DNA of 64,000 nucleotides from Nymphaea colorata (taxonomy: Eukaryota): NCBI RefSeq assembly GCF_008831285.2, contig NC_045138.2, forward strand, positions 25,482,001 through 25,546,000. Direction: 5' to 3'. This document shows, in pieces, positions 1 to 10,548 of this stretch. Both the position numbers and the translations under genes were made by a program. The stretch's first letter is position 1. Each line of letters begins with the position of its first letter. Under the pieces are notes generated by a model, which had not been told where the DNA came from, did no database searches, and saw nothing but the letters and a program-made list of their open reading frames with translations.

Positions 1-230
1 GTTGTCTGAAACGAACACGAGAGAAAAGTCCTTCTTGTGCTCTTGAGGATGCTGCTACATTCGGTGGACCTTCAATATTTATAAGGATTTGAAGAAGGCA
101 TTGTCTCAGTTGGACACAGTTGAGTTCATGATTTTTTTTCTATTTAGTCGGTTGAACAGGTCATTTGGCCATTTCTTGCCGATGGGTATAATAATCTTCC
201 AACTCTTTTGGGCAACTCTGCACTATATTC
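1..230 (-). promoter_or_regulatory. 5'UTR/promoter of a type-B GLP gene whose coding region would lie left of the window
   Basis: Colinear with the upstream regions of GLP3 (15600-15810) and the 7.9-kb remnant (7930-8150), e.g. 'gaggatgct(g/c)ctaca' and 'gttgagttcat...gttgaaca(g/a)gtcatttggcca'. TATAAATA on the minus strand at 76-83. Confidence 0.7.
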
Positions 231-770
231 AACTCGATCAACGCCATCAGCAAGATGAGTTCTTCCTGAGATTTCGTGCATTAATTAGCATTCAGGCCAT
301 TAAATTCAACCACGAGAAATTCAATTCAGATTTCTCACCATTCCACCGAACCACTACGCTGCCCCCGTGTACTTGGTCTTTCTCTTCAGGCTCACCAACC
401 AAGAGAATAACGAAGAACAACTGAGTCTTCTTCCCGTTATTTCATCTAGATGTTAATAACATGTAAATTCACTATATGAAGTGAGATTATCAAGGCTGCA
501 GCTGCCCTCAACTAGATTAAGTCGATTCAACTGGTTCAAGTTCACCGCAGGGTAGTTTATGGGTGGGTGAGTGGTTGGGCGGGGGCGGACCACCGCTCAG
601 AGTCTCCATTCATCCAATGATAGGATCAACTTTTGGTATCTCAAGATGTTGTCATTGCCTTGCTTCAACTTACATGTCAATGACTTCCTTTTTAAAAGAG
701 GTTTGTGTCCTGGGATTCAAATAGAAACGGACCATTTACCAACTCACATCCCAAGGGTGGAGGGAAGAGG

Positions 771-1065
771 TAAGCCTGGGCATCGGGCCGGTCCGGCCTG
801 GCCCGCTAAGAAGTTGGGCTCGGGTCGGCCTGACACCCGAAGCCTGGGCCCAACCTGATTAAATTATAAAATATATATTTTTAATACAAAATAATATACA
901 AAATATTAAAAATCATGATAAAATATTATGATTATATATAAAAATAATAGATTAAAAAACTGTTATCGGGCCCCACCTAAGCCGGCTGGGTGCCATTTTT
1001 TTCGGGCTCAGGCCAGGGCCGTGTGTCGGGTACCCACCGGCGGCCCGGTCCAGTGTCCAACCTTA
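771..1065. mobile_element. hAT-type MITE (GGCCCG-rich ends, AT-rich core), nested in an older AT-rich MITE-like element
   Basis: Imperfect TIRs taagcctgggca / tgtccaacctta. Perfect 8-bp TSD GGAAGAGG at 763-770 and 1066-1073. Absent from the paralogous spacer at ~12260-12290. Confidence 0.85.
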
Positions 1066-1826
1066 GGAAGAGGGGGCCGGCAGAGGCCGTGGCTCTCCCT
1101 CAAAATTTTTGAGAGAAAAAATTATTGTTATATTTTGAAAAATTTTAATTTGGCTCTTATAAAAATTTTGAAAGTTATTGTTTGGGCTTTGTATAAATTT
1201 TGAAAATAATATCAAACATCCCAACAAAAAATTTCCGACTATGCACCTGCCATCCCCTTAAGAACCATCCCAGGGTAGTTGGGTTTCTAACTCATTTGCA
1301 GAAAACTTTAGCAAAAGAAAGTCAATAATTAATTAATTGGTGCAATTGGACCTGATAAAGTAGGGGCTTGCAATTACTTTGCATGAGTATGCCTGATCGA
1401 AGCTTGTCTCTTCATATTTATCAAAGGATAAGTGACAATATAGACGGACTTTCAAACGGCAGTACTGTATGGGGAAGTAATTTAGCGCAAGAGAGGACCT
1501 ACCAAACTTTATATAAGGAACTAGCGATGGTCAACTACGCACCTAACTTTTTCTTTGTATTGTTCGAAGAATAACTATGTTTTGCGCCGTGCATTCATGA
1601 TGACTTTAAAAAATATTGATGAAAAATTGCAAGTTTCATTAGCTTGCATTTTTTTCCAACTATTCATATACAAGATTCAGCATATAACATAAAAGATTTT
1701 TTTATTAGCGTTTGAAATATGTATTCAACATTTTTTTATTAATACTAGAAAGTTCTTCAAGAAGAACCTAACCTTATTAATTACAAAGTTACAGTCACTT
1801 TTCTTGCTTTGTAAAATAATTATTGG

Positions 1827-2256
1827 TAGGGATGTCAATATATCCGATTTGAATCGGATATCCGACCGATCTGATCCGAAAAAAACGGATATGGATAAAA
1901 ATTTAATATCCGATTAAGAAATCGGATCGGATTCGGATTTAATAAATGACATCCGATCAGATTCGGATTCGGATGCGGATATACATGAATATCAGATCGG
2001 ATTCGGATACAGATTCAGATCGAATTCAGTTTTAGACAAATATCCTCTATCTAATACTTGAAAAATGGCAAAATTCGGTTCAAAATTCGGATTCGGATCA
2101 GATTCAGATTGTAAAATCGGATTTTGGATTCGGATTCGGACATGACTTTGCTTTATCCGAATTCGAATCCGAATCCGAATTCGAATATATGAATATCGAA
2201 AAAACGGATATGGTTGAAGATATATTCGATCCGAATCCGATCCGTTGACATCCCTA
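1827..2256. mobile_element. hAT (Ac/Ds-like) MITE with ATCCGA/TCGGAT subterminal repeats
   Basis: TIR TAGGGATGTCAA / TTGACATCCCTA. Perfect 8-bp TSD ATTATTGG at 1819-1826 and 2257-2264. Empty site in the paralogous spacer at ~12775-12790. Confidence 0.92.
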
Positions 2257-3135
2257 ATTATTGGTGCTAATCATAACAACTAAATTTTCAAACACAAATT
2301 TTCGATTCTTTTTTATTAAACATAAAATAACTGAAATGGCTGATACAGCATATTTATTATTCCCCTTTCTTTATCAGCTATACAATGGAACGTTTGTGCC
2401 ATAAGAAATATATGTATACATGTAAATATAAGTTTGAAGACTCCAAAGTATTTGTGAACACTAACTATAAAATTTTGCTGTTCAGGCAATACGAACCGTC
2501 CTTATCTGGATTGAGCGAAGACCCGAAATTTAGTTGGTGGTTGCTCAAGGTTGAAGCAATATTGCTCCACAGCTTAGTTTACAATTATTTGCAATGAATA
2601 GCTAGATTAGGAGTTGAGTGAGAGCTTCATCTTTCCTGTGGCGGCAAAATGAAATACTCCTCTTACTTACCCCAAAACGATGGGATTTGGACTTGGTCAA
2701 TTTGGATCTACGCATGCTACCATATTGTAATCGGGACTCCCACAATATTTTTAAGTTTAATTTCTTGTCTTGTGGTTTTAACCGAACGGCTTATCATCAT
2801 GATCCGTATATTGCAATGAACTATATGCTCCATATTTAACGTGCAGGTTGAAAATATTTAGAAAATATGACAACTAATCACTAAACAACTACCTTTATAA
2901 ATTCTTCAAGATTCTTCATCATCTTGAATATATGATAAAACTTTTCAATAAGAGGCGTTATAGAAAAAAAATGTCACCAGCCTTTGCAGTTGTAAGAGCT
3001 ATCACAACACATGCCAGGTATCATTTGAATCAAAATAAAAGGGCGTGACTTTATTCACAAGTTGGAATAGTAGGCATACATGTCACACGCATCTGTTAAT
3101 CTTATAACAGTGCATCCCCACACAACAAGTCCTTC

Positions 3136-3953
3136 TTAATTGTTATTGTCCATCCAGAAGAAAGACTGCAGCTCATCAATCGCCTTCCTTTCAACCCGGA
3201 AGGCCTTGGCAAGAAGGTAATCCGAGATGGGTGGCTTCGCCCCGAGCACAGCATTAGCAATGGTGATGACGCCTGGGTTCTGGCTGCTCAGCCCGGCAAT
3301 GGCCACAGCACCTCCTTCCCCTACGTTCTGCTGGAAGTGGATCAGCCCCTGCGGGAACACAAACACATCTCCCTTGTACAACTTCTTGGTGAACAGCCGG
3401 TTCTCCGGGTTGCTGGTCACGAACCCCACATAGAGGCAGCCTTCCAGCACCACCAGGATCTCGGTTCCACGGGGGTGGATGTGGGGTGGGTTCAGTCCCC
3501 GTGGAGCGAAGTCAATCCGAGCCAGGGAGATGCCCAGCGTGTTCAGTCCAGGAATTTGTTGAACGTTGACCGCGGTCACCATCGATCCCAGTGGGTTGGA
3601 TGTGTTGCCAGGCATGTCCAGCCCAGAGAAGAAGAAATCTTCCGGCTTAGCCATCATTGGGTTCTTGCACACCTTGCCATTCACAACAACTGCAGCAGAC
3701 AATGAGGTAATTGAACATGAATCACATAAGAACATTACGAACATTGAATATTAGACACATAAAAAGACTATAATTCCCATGAATATACGGCAAGGCTCAC
3801 ACCTCCACACACACACTCACACAAGTATAAAGAAGAAAATTACGCACTTGGGCTGTTACGGTCAGCAACACAGAAGTCTTGGAGCTGGCTAGGATCAGAA
3901 GCATGGGAGAAGGCAGCTACAAGAGAAAAGAGGATGAGGTATGTGAGCTTCAT
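3136..3953 (-). CDS. Germin-like protein GLP1 (cupin_1, secreted), join(3848..3953,3136..3689), 219 aa
   Basis: Exon 1 encodes the signal peptide and [12 protein letters not shown]. Phase-1 GT-AG intron of 158 nt. Exon 2 has NGKVCK, germin box 1 [13 protein letters not shown] and box 2 FPQGLIHFQ. Confidence 0.95.
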
Positions 3954-4052
3954 CTTGAAGGCTAGCCTTGAGAAACGCAACCTGTGTATTGTATGCAACT
4001 CTTAAAGGCTGAAACCCTCTGAGGATGCTGGAAGATGGTACCGTGCATCGGC

Positions 4053-4059
4053 ATTTATA
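4053..4059 (-). promoter_or_regulatory. TATA box of GLP1
   Basis: TATAAAT ~100 nt upstream of the ATG. Equivalent boxes at 8013-8020, 10647-10653, 15665-15672, 19075-19081, 22880-22886, 28770-28776, 33623-33629, 38285-38291 and 48763-48770. Confidence 0.75.
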
Positions 4060-5083
4060 GTGTTGGAGAGAAGACTTAGCCCACTTATCTTGCGTTAGAA
4101 TATTAGGATATGGAATAAGTCGGCAATCCTTGCCTTGCTGATTGATTCACAACTTCAACTTCCCTGAATTTTGGACTCGACTAAATCATCTTCACCTATG
4201 ACCAATTCGAGCACTCAGAGATGTTGCTTGCACGAATTCAAATTTCGTCATCTTCCTAATTCTATTAAATATTTAACAGTAGCAGATATCACCTCACCCG
4301 GTAGTTTCTATTTGAAGGTGGACGTTTTCTTCCAAACTTCTATTTTCCTATGGTATAGGGTCTCTACTTTATGTAGCTCAAAGTGACATCCTCATTGTAT
4401 TTAAAGTTGCATGTGGGTGGCTCTTCTTCTACAACACAAAAAAGTTAATATCTTAAAAATTTGAAATAGAGACAATCTGCCAGCCAGCAGTCCCCCCTAC
4501 CCTAAATAGACAGATGCCATGGTTCCCCTCACATTTTGTGAAAAAAAAAATATTTATAGCTATATTCTTAGAAAATTTTAATTTTTAGTCAATGTAAAAG
4601 TTTTGAAAATATTTTTCAGCCTTTTTATAAATTTTGAAAATACTTTTCCATCCCCAACAAAAGTTTCGGACTCGACCGCAGACCCACTCATTTGCGAAAA
4701 ACGTAGGCATTATCAGAAAAGAAAAGCAATAATTAATTAATTGGTGTCATCAATCGACCTGGTAAGGAAGAAGGCAATTTAATGTCACTATTCTAATTGC
4801 TATTATTTGGTATGAGTTATATGTATTTGACTAGGCTGTAACGCACTTAAATTAATAATATATAAGGCCGCAATATTATCTCTAAAGGGAACGAGCATGC
4901 CTGATTTCAAGCTTGTCCGTTCATATTTATCAAAGGTCAAATGTCGTTACCGTTGACTTTATATAAGGAACTAGCAATAGTCAAATGCACACCTAACTTT
5001 TTTTAACTTTTTTTTTTTGTCTTGTAAGGAACTAGCAATAGTCAATTGCACACCTAACTTTTTCTTTGTCTTGTATTGTTTAG

Positions 5084-5399
5084 TAAGCTTGGGCTTATCA
5101 ATTATTTTGGGTGGGCAGCATCAGGTAGGCCCACCCCGATAAGAAGTCGGGCTCGAGCCGGCCCCGCACCCAAAGTCTGGACCTGGACCCCATTCGATTA
5201 AATTACAAAATATATATTTTCAATATAAAATAACAAATAAATATTAAAAATTATAATAAAATATTATAATTATATATAAAAATAATAAAAAATATATTAA
5301 AAAACTGTTATCAGATCCACCCGGGCTGTTCCAATAACATTTTGGGCCGACCCCCATGCCTTTCTTTTCGGGCCCGGGTACCGAGTACCTGCCTCGTTA
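5084..5399. mobile_element. Degenerate GGCCCG-family MITE
   Basis: Starts taagcttgggc, with the same AT-rich core as 771-1065. Absent at the paralogous site ~1560. No clean TSD. Confidence 0.65.
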
Positions 5400-6204
5400 G
5401 AAGGATAACTATGCTTTGCGCCATGCATTAATTAATGATGACTTTAAAATTATTGATGAAAAATGTAAGTTTCATTAGCTTCCATTTTTTTCCAACTATA
5501 CCCAGTCATATATTGACGCATGATTAAGCATATTAACATAAAAATTTCTTTACTAATGTTTGAAATAAGTATTCAACATTTTTTTATAATACTAGAAAGT
5601 TCTTCAAGAAGAACCTAACTTTAATGACAAAGTTACAGTTACTTTAATTTTCTTGCTTGGTTAAATATTAATTGTTACTAATAATAACAATTAAATTTTC
5701 AAAAACAAATTTTCCAATACTTTTTTATTAAACATAAAAAAAATTAAAATGGCTTATTCAGCGCATATTTATTATTTCCCTTCTATTGTCAGTGACACAA
5801 CGGAACGTTTGTGCCATAAGAAGTACTTGTATACATGTAAAAATTAGTTTGAGGAATCCAAATAATTTGTGAACACTTAGTAGAAAAATAAAATCTGCTG
5901 CTTAAGCAATATGAACCACCCTCATCTGGATTGAGTGAAGGCCTGAAATTTAGTTGCTAGTTGCTCAAGGTTGAAGCAATGTGGCTCCATCGCGACCATA
6001 TCCAATTATGGATAAGATCGAGTTGCATGGATGAGGGTGTTCACACAACAAATATATACCTAAGAAAAAAAAGGAGGGGGTTGGAGCATTTTAATTCTTT
6101 TTATAAAAAAATGAACATTTTAAACTTTTAACTTTTTGATATCCGATTTGTTCCTTTTAAAAATCTCTCTCTTTCTCTCTTTTGTCTTTTACTTGAGATC
6201 GTAT

Positions 6205-6380
6205 CTGGAGGTTGTTGCTCATTTCTTCTTGGTGGCACATTTGGGAAGAACTCAACAACAGGGTCTTCAGGGACACATTCTCATCGTCGGAGTCTGTGGC
6301 ACGTCTTGTGCAGGGAGATGTTTACTTTGCTATTCGGCTACGGCGCCATCCTTCATCTACTGCTGGGACTCTGCTGTTCT
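6205..6380 (+). mobile_element. Short 3' LINE (L1-like) ORF2 remnant
   Basis: Translation LLISSWWHIWEELNNRVFRD matches the W-x-I-W-x-x-R-N-x-R-x-F motif found downstream of plant L1 RT/zf-RVT. Confidence 0.55.
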
Positions 6381-6539
6381 GTCTGTTCACTCTTTCTCCA
6401 AATTTTGTTATATATTTTCATTTTATCGGCTCTCTTTCTCTCTCTCTCTTCTTTTACTTACTTAGTGAAAGACATTTTAGTTATCACATACCCATGCATT
6501 CATTATGGCACTCGTATAATTACACAATCAAAGCATTAT

Positions 6540-7270
6540 TTTTCGTGATTTTTCTAATGATCAAAGCCATGTGTATTCATGAAAACTGTCATAGAAACTC
6601 TTTTTTTTTTCCCCAAAATATTACCCTCTATGTGTTACATCAATATCATTTCATTTTTTGTTTGAAGTTATAACAAACTTGGGCCCTGATTTCCATCCAT
6701 ACCAGATTAAGGCATAGTATAGTTTGCAATCCATTTTACAACTCTTCCCATTAACTGTCGCTCGTAAACGAGCACACAATGAATGAATTGTATGATACAA
6801 AATTATACAAAAAAAAGCTAATAACGAATGGTCCAATAAAAAAAGTGGATCTTTTACTGGGTATTTTAGGAGACGAAGGGCCGGATCAATGAGGAATTAT
6901 TAATTTGAAGATGTTTGGATTTTCGATTCTAATATAGCAGTATACCAACAAGAGTACTATCAGCTGTTCTAAAGAAATGCAATATTTTTTCTTCAACGAA
7001 CTCTAATGCAAATACAATAAACAATAACCCATCTTGTGATTACCTAACTCAAATTTGATAGAGAAGGGCCTTGATAAACTTGGAAGGCGCTCGCTAAATC
7101 TGTACCCAGGTAGACGTGTAAAAGATCCACATGACATTATAACTTCGATCGACACGCTTCATCAACATAATGAATGGAAGCAGCATAAATCCGAATACAA
7201 TTGCCGGCCGTGACACGAAAGGGCGAGTTAATTTTATTTTGGATAAAGCCCCTTGATCCAGAGGTTGGTA
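6540..7270. repeat. Duplicated 3' flank of type-B GLP, paralogous to ~13500-14250
   Basis: Colinear matches such as 'ccccaaaatattaccctcta', 'ccggatcaatgaggaa' and 'ggaagcagcataaatc'. Confidence 0.8.
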
Positions 7271-7283
7271 AGAGGGCCATAGC

Positions 7284-7584
7284 TAAGTCTCGGCATTGGA
7301 CCGGATCAGCCTGATAAGGAGCCCGGCTCGGGCTGGCTCGACACCCCAAACTCGTGCCTAGATACAGTCTGACTATTAAAACTCAAGCTTGAGCTTGGCT
7401 CAGGCTCAATCCAATTAAATTAAAAAGAATATTTTTAATATAAAATAATATATATATATATAATTAATCATAATAAAATATTATCTTTATATATAAAAAA
7501 TTAATAAATAAATATTAATTTTCTAGACTTGGGCTCGAGTCGGGCCGAGTACCCGTCAGCGGCCCAACTCGCTGCTCAACCTTA
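7284..7584. mobile_element. GGCCCG-family MITE
   Basis: Ends taagtctcggca / tgctcaacctta with an AT-rich core. Absent from the paralog at ~14250. TSD not evident. Confidence 0.65.
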
Positions 7585-7756
7585 TACGGTTTCATTAGTT
7601 CAATTTTCATGTTACTCTTACTCTTCTCAATGCAACACTCTCTCCACTCCTATCGTGAATGAACACCGGAAAGAAGGAAGGACTTCGAGGCATCTTCCCC
7701 TGGTCAAAAGATCGGTTCATAAACTGCACATGGTGGTAACAGTTTACAACATATAT

Positions 7757-7788
<32 letters not shown>

Positions 7789-7794
7789 GAAGTA

Positions 7795-7901
7795 GTTTTG
7801 TACCAAGAGTTGGCAACACAGAAGTCCTGTAGCTGGCTTGGTTCAGAGGCATGGCAGAGGGCAGCCATAAGGGAGAGAAGGACGAGGAATAGGAGCTTCA
7901 T
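7795..7901 (-). pseudogene. GLP pseudogene: exon-1 remnant of a GLP3-like (type-B) gene with exon 2 deleted
   Basis: Encodes [30 protein letters not shown]. The splice donor is lost. A (TA)n tract follows, then sequence matching the GLP3 3' flank (7703-7750 vs 14388-14431). TATA box intact at 8013-8020. Confidence 0.88.
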
Positions 7902-9682
7902 CTTCTAATCGTTAGCGAAACTAGAGTGCGTGCTGTGTGGTTGTATGAAACGAAGACTGAGTGAAGAAGTTCTTGTGCTCTGGAGGATGCTCCTACATCT
8001 GGCGGGGTTCAATATTTATAAGGTTCTTGAAGAAGATCTGATCCCAGATCGACATTGTTGAGTTCATACTTTTTATCAGTCGCTCGAACAAGTCAATTGT
8101 CCACGTCTTACCGATCGGTATGATATTCCAACATCCATAAATTTTGGGCAACCTCTCTATCTTATATACCTGTACTTAATTTGATGCGGTTGACTGTGTC
8201 CATTATTCTTGACCGTGTCATAATCAAATAAATTGCTGCCTCTTAACTATTTTATTAATGTGACCATTTCTTACTCCATGGCCTTTTTGATGGATTAAAA
8301 CTTGTTGAAATCTTGATGAAAGCAAAATTTATGACTATGAAGCATCTACCCAGCTTTTTAATTAAATTCTAAACAAATGGCAAGAGTAAGTTGGCCAGAA
8401 CAATTGCCAAATTGAGACGCGAAATCTGGCTAGTTCTGTTCTGATCCAAATCTGATACCTACAAAGCTTTTATTTGTCGGACAGTTTTTTAAAGAATTTC
8501 CTACAAACTTTAATCAGGTTTGCATATTGTTGCCGTGTGTGTATATATATATTTTACATGTATCTATTTGTGTCATTTCAACAAGGCACATATATTTTAT
8601 ACCATTTGCTGCAAACCAAACATCCAAGTCCTTATTCTGATATATAGTAATTAAAGTTCTCCATCCTACCCTTTCAAGAGACGGGCTTCCTCTCCAATCC
8701 ATCCCCGAAATTTTTCTTGTTTTGCTTTTGAGATATGAACAATAAGCACTACCCAATCTGTTATCAATGTATGATGATTGCTTGAGCAGCGGCTACATAA
8801 TTTACGCGGACATCGTGTATACAAGAATCCCACTCATCATTAATTACTGACAAGACTTCAACAGAGAAAAACGCCCAAGGTTATGACCCATAATTTACCG
8901 GCGAAATGTGCAGCAAGGCACCTCCAGTAACAAAAAATATTATAGTTGGGCCCACTTCCAACCCGGCTTCTGGCTTCCAAGATCTAATTGATCCGTAGCT
9001 CCTTTAGTTTTGTTTCAAAAAGACTACGAAACCTTCTGGCGAAATGTTCAATTGACAATTTCTTTTATAAGTTCACTAAGATTTTTGATAATCATACATA
9101 CAAAACCAAACTTTTCAATATGGGGGTGTTACAATCTAGTCCCCTTAAGATACATATGTTTGCACATGTGGGATCCCAACTTTGAATGTTGATCCGGTTT
9201 TTGATGCCATTGTTGCAACCTTGCCCGCTTTATACTAAGCATGGACTTTTGGTTTGGTAGATTCCAACTCGCTATCTTTGGTTCATCTAAAGGTGGAATA
9301 CCAGCCCCTCAAGGTTTATTTGTTTTTAAACTAGTTTCGTTAAATATTGTAATGTTATGTATATATGAATGCTCTTTTCATATGCCCCTTTTAGAAATTT
9401 TTTCTTGCTCCACCATTAGGTTCAGCCATACCTTTATAAATTCTTCAACATTCGTCACCATGTTGAATATGTGATAACTTTTCAATGAGAAGCGTTATAA
9501 AAAAAGAAAACGTCACCAGCCGTTGCAGTTGTAAGAGCTATCACTACACACACTGATGTTCCAGGTATCATTTGTATCAAAATAAAAGGGCATGACTTTA
9601 TTCATAAGTTGCCATAGTAGGCATACATGTCACACACATCTATTAATCTCATATTAATGCATCCCCACACACCAAGTCCTTC

Positions 9683-10548
9683 TTAGTTGTTGTTGTCCAT
9701 CCAGAAGGCAGATTGCAGCTCATCAATCACCTTCTTGTCAACCTGGAAGGCCTTGGCAAGAAGGTCATCTGAGATGGGTGGCTTCGCCCCGAACACAGCA
9801 TTAGCAATGGTGATGACGCCTGGGTTCTGGCTGCTCAGCCCAGCAATGGCCACAGCACCTTCTTCCCCTACGTTCTGCTGGAAGTGGATCAGCCCCTGCG
9901 GGAACACAAACACATCTCCCTTGTACAACTTCTTCGTGAACAGCCGGTTCTCCGGGTTGCTGGTCACGAACCCCACGTAGAGGCAGCCTTCCAGCACCAC
10001 CAAGATCTCGGTTCCACGGGGTGGATGTGGGGTGGGTTCAGTCCCCATGGAGCGAAGTCAATCCGAGCCAGGGAGATGCCCAGCGTGTTCAGTCCAGAGA
10101 TATTTTGAACGTTGACCGCAGTCACCATCGAGCCCAATGGGTTCGATGTGTTGCCAGGCTTGTCCAGCCCAGAGAAGAAGAAATCTTCTGGCTTAGCCAT
10201 CATTGGATTCTTGCACACCTTGCCATTCACAACAACTGCAGCAGAGAAAGAGGTAATTCAACATGAATAACATCAGAAAATTGCGAACATATCTCAAAAT
10301 ATAGCGCGATTGTTCTTTAATATGAATATTAGATACGTAAAAATAACATGTTAAAAATATTATAATTCCCATCGACGTACGCCAAGGCTCTCACACAGGC
10401 ACACACACACAGACTCACACAAGTATAAAGAAAATTACGCACTTGGGCTATTAGGGTCAGCAACACAGAAGTCTTGGAGCTGGCTAGGATCAGAAGCATG
10501 GGAGAAGGCAGCTATAAGAGAAAAGAGGATGAGGTATGTGAGCTTCAT
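9683..10548 (-). pseudogene. GLP2 with a 1-bp deletion frameshift in germin box 1 (or a homopolymer assembly error), exons 10443..10548 and 9683..10235
   Basis: Exon 2 is 553 nt versus 554 in its siblings. The G-run at 10018-10021 has 4 G versus 5 in GLP1. The ORF track splits it into two frames. Confidence 0.85.

Larger units (their letters stand above)
250..2850. repeat. Duplicated spacer, paralogous to ~11750-13375 and partly to ~4430-6010 and ~15900-16200
   Basis: Long colinear matches, e.g. 'gcattcaggccattaaattcaaccacga' at ~289 and ~11780, and 'atggaacgtttgtgccataagaaatatatgtatacatg' at ~2385 and ~12906. Confidence 0.85.

Noticed and set aside
89..424. ORF shared in part with 11604-11915
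   Set aside because: Duplicated spacer with different N-termini and no recognisable domain.
1840..2245. Short periodic repeats (ATCCGA; also GAGCTCGAG at 29.6 and 34.5 kb) superficially like a CRISPR or satellite array
   Set aside because: Bounded by TIRs and 8-bp TSDs, with no unique spacers. These are MITE subterminal repeats in a eukaryote.
3690..3744. N-terminal extensions of the GLP ORFs in the track (e.g. MFVMFLCDS...)
   Set aside because: Intron sequence upstream of the AG acceptor. The real start is in exon 1.
3227..3754. Recurring plus-strand ORFs over every GLP exon 2 (MLLSIQKAD..., MDQPL...)
   Set aside because: Antisense shadows of the GLP codon pattern. They recur only because the genes are duplicated.
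4964..5064. Local ~40-60-bp tandem duplications (also 11315-11378)
   Set aside because: Ordinary slippage duplications with no sign of function.
8500..9400. Unique block between the GLP remnant and GLP2, with a GGGGG-TGTTACA junction resembling a PPT/LTR start
   Set aside because: No partner LTR, PBS or coding motif found.
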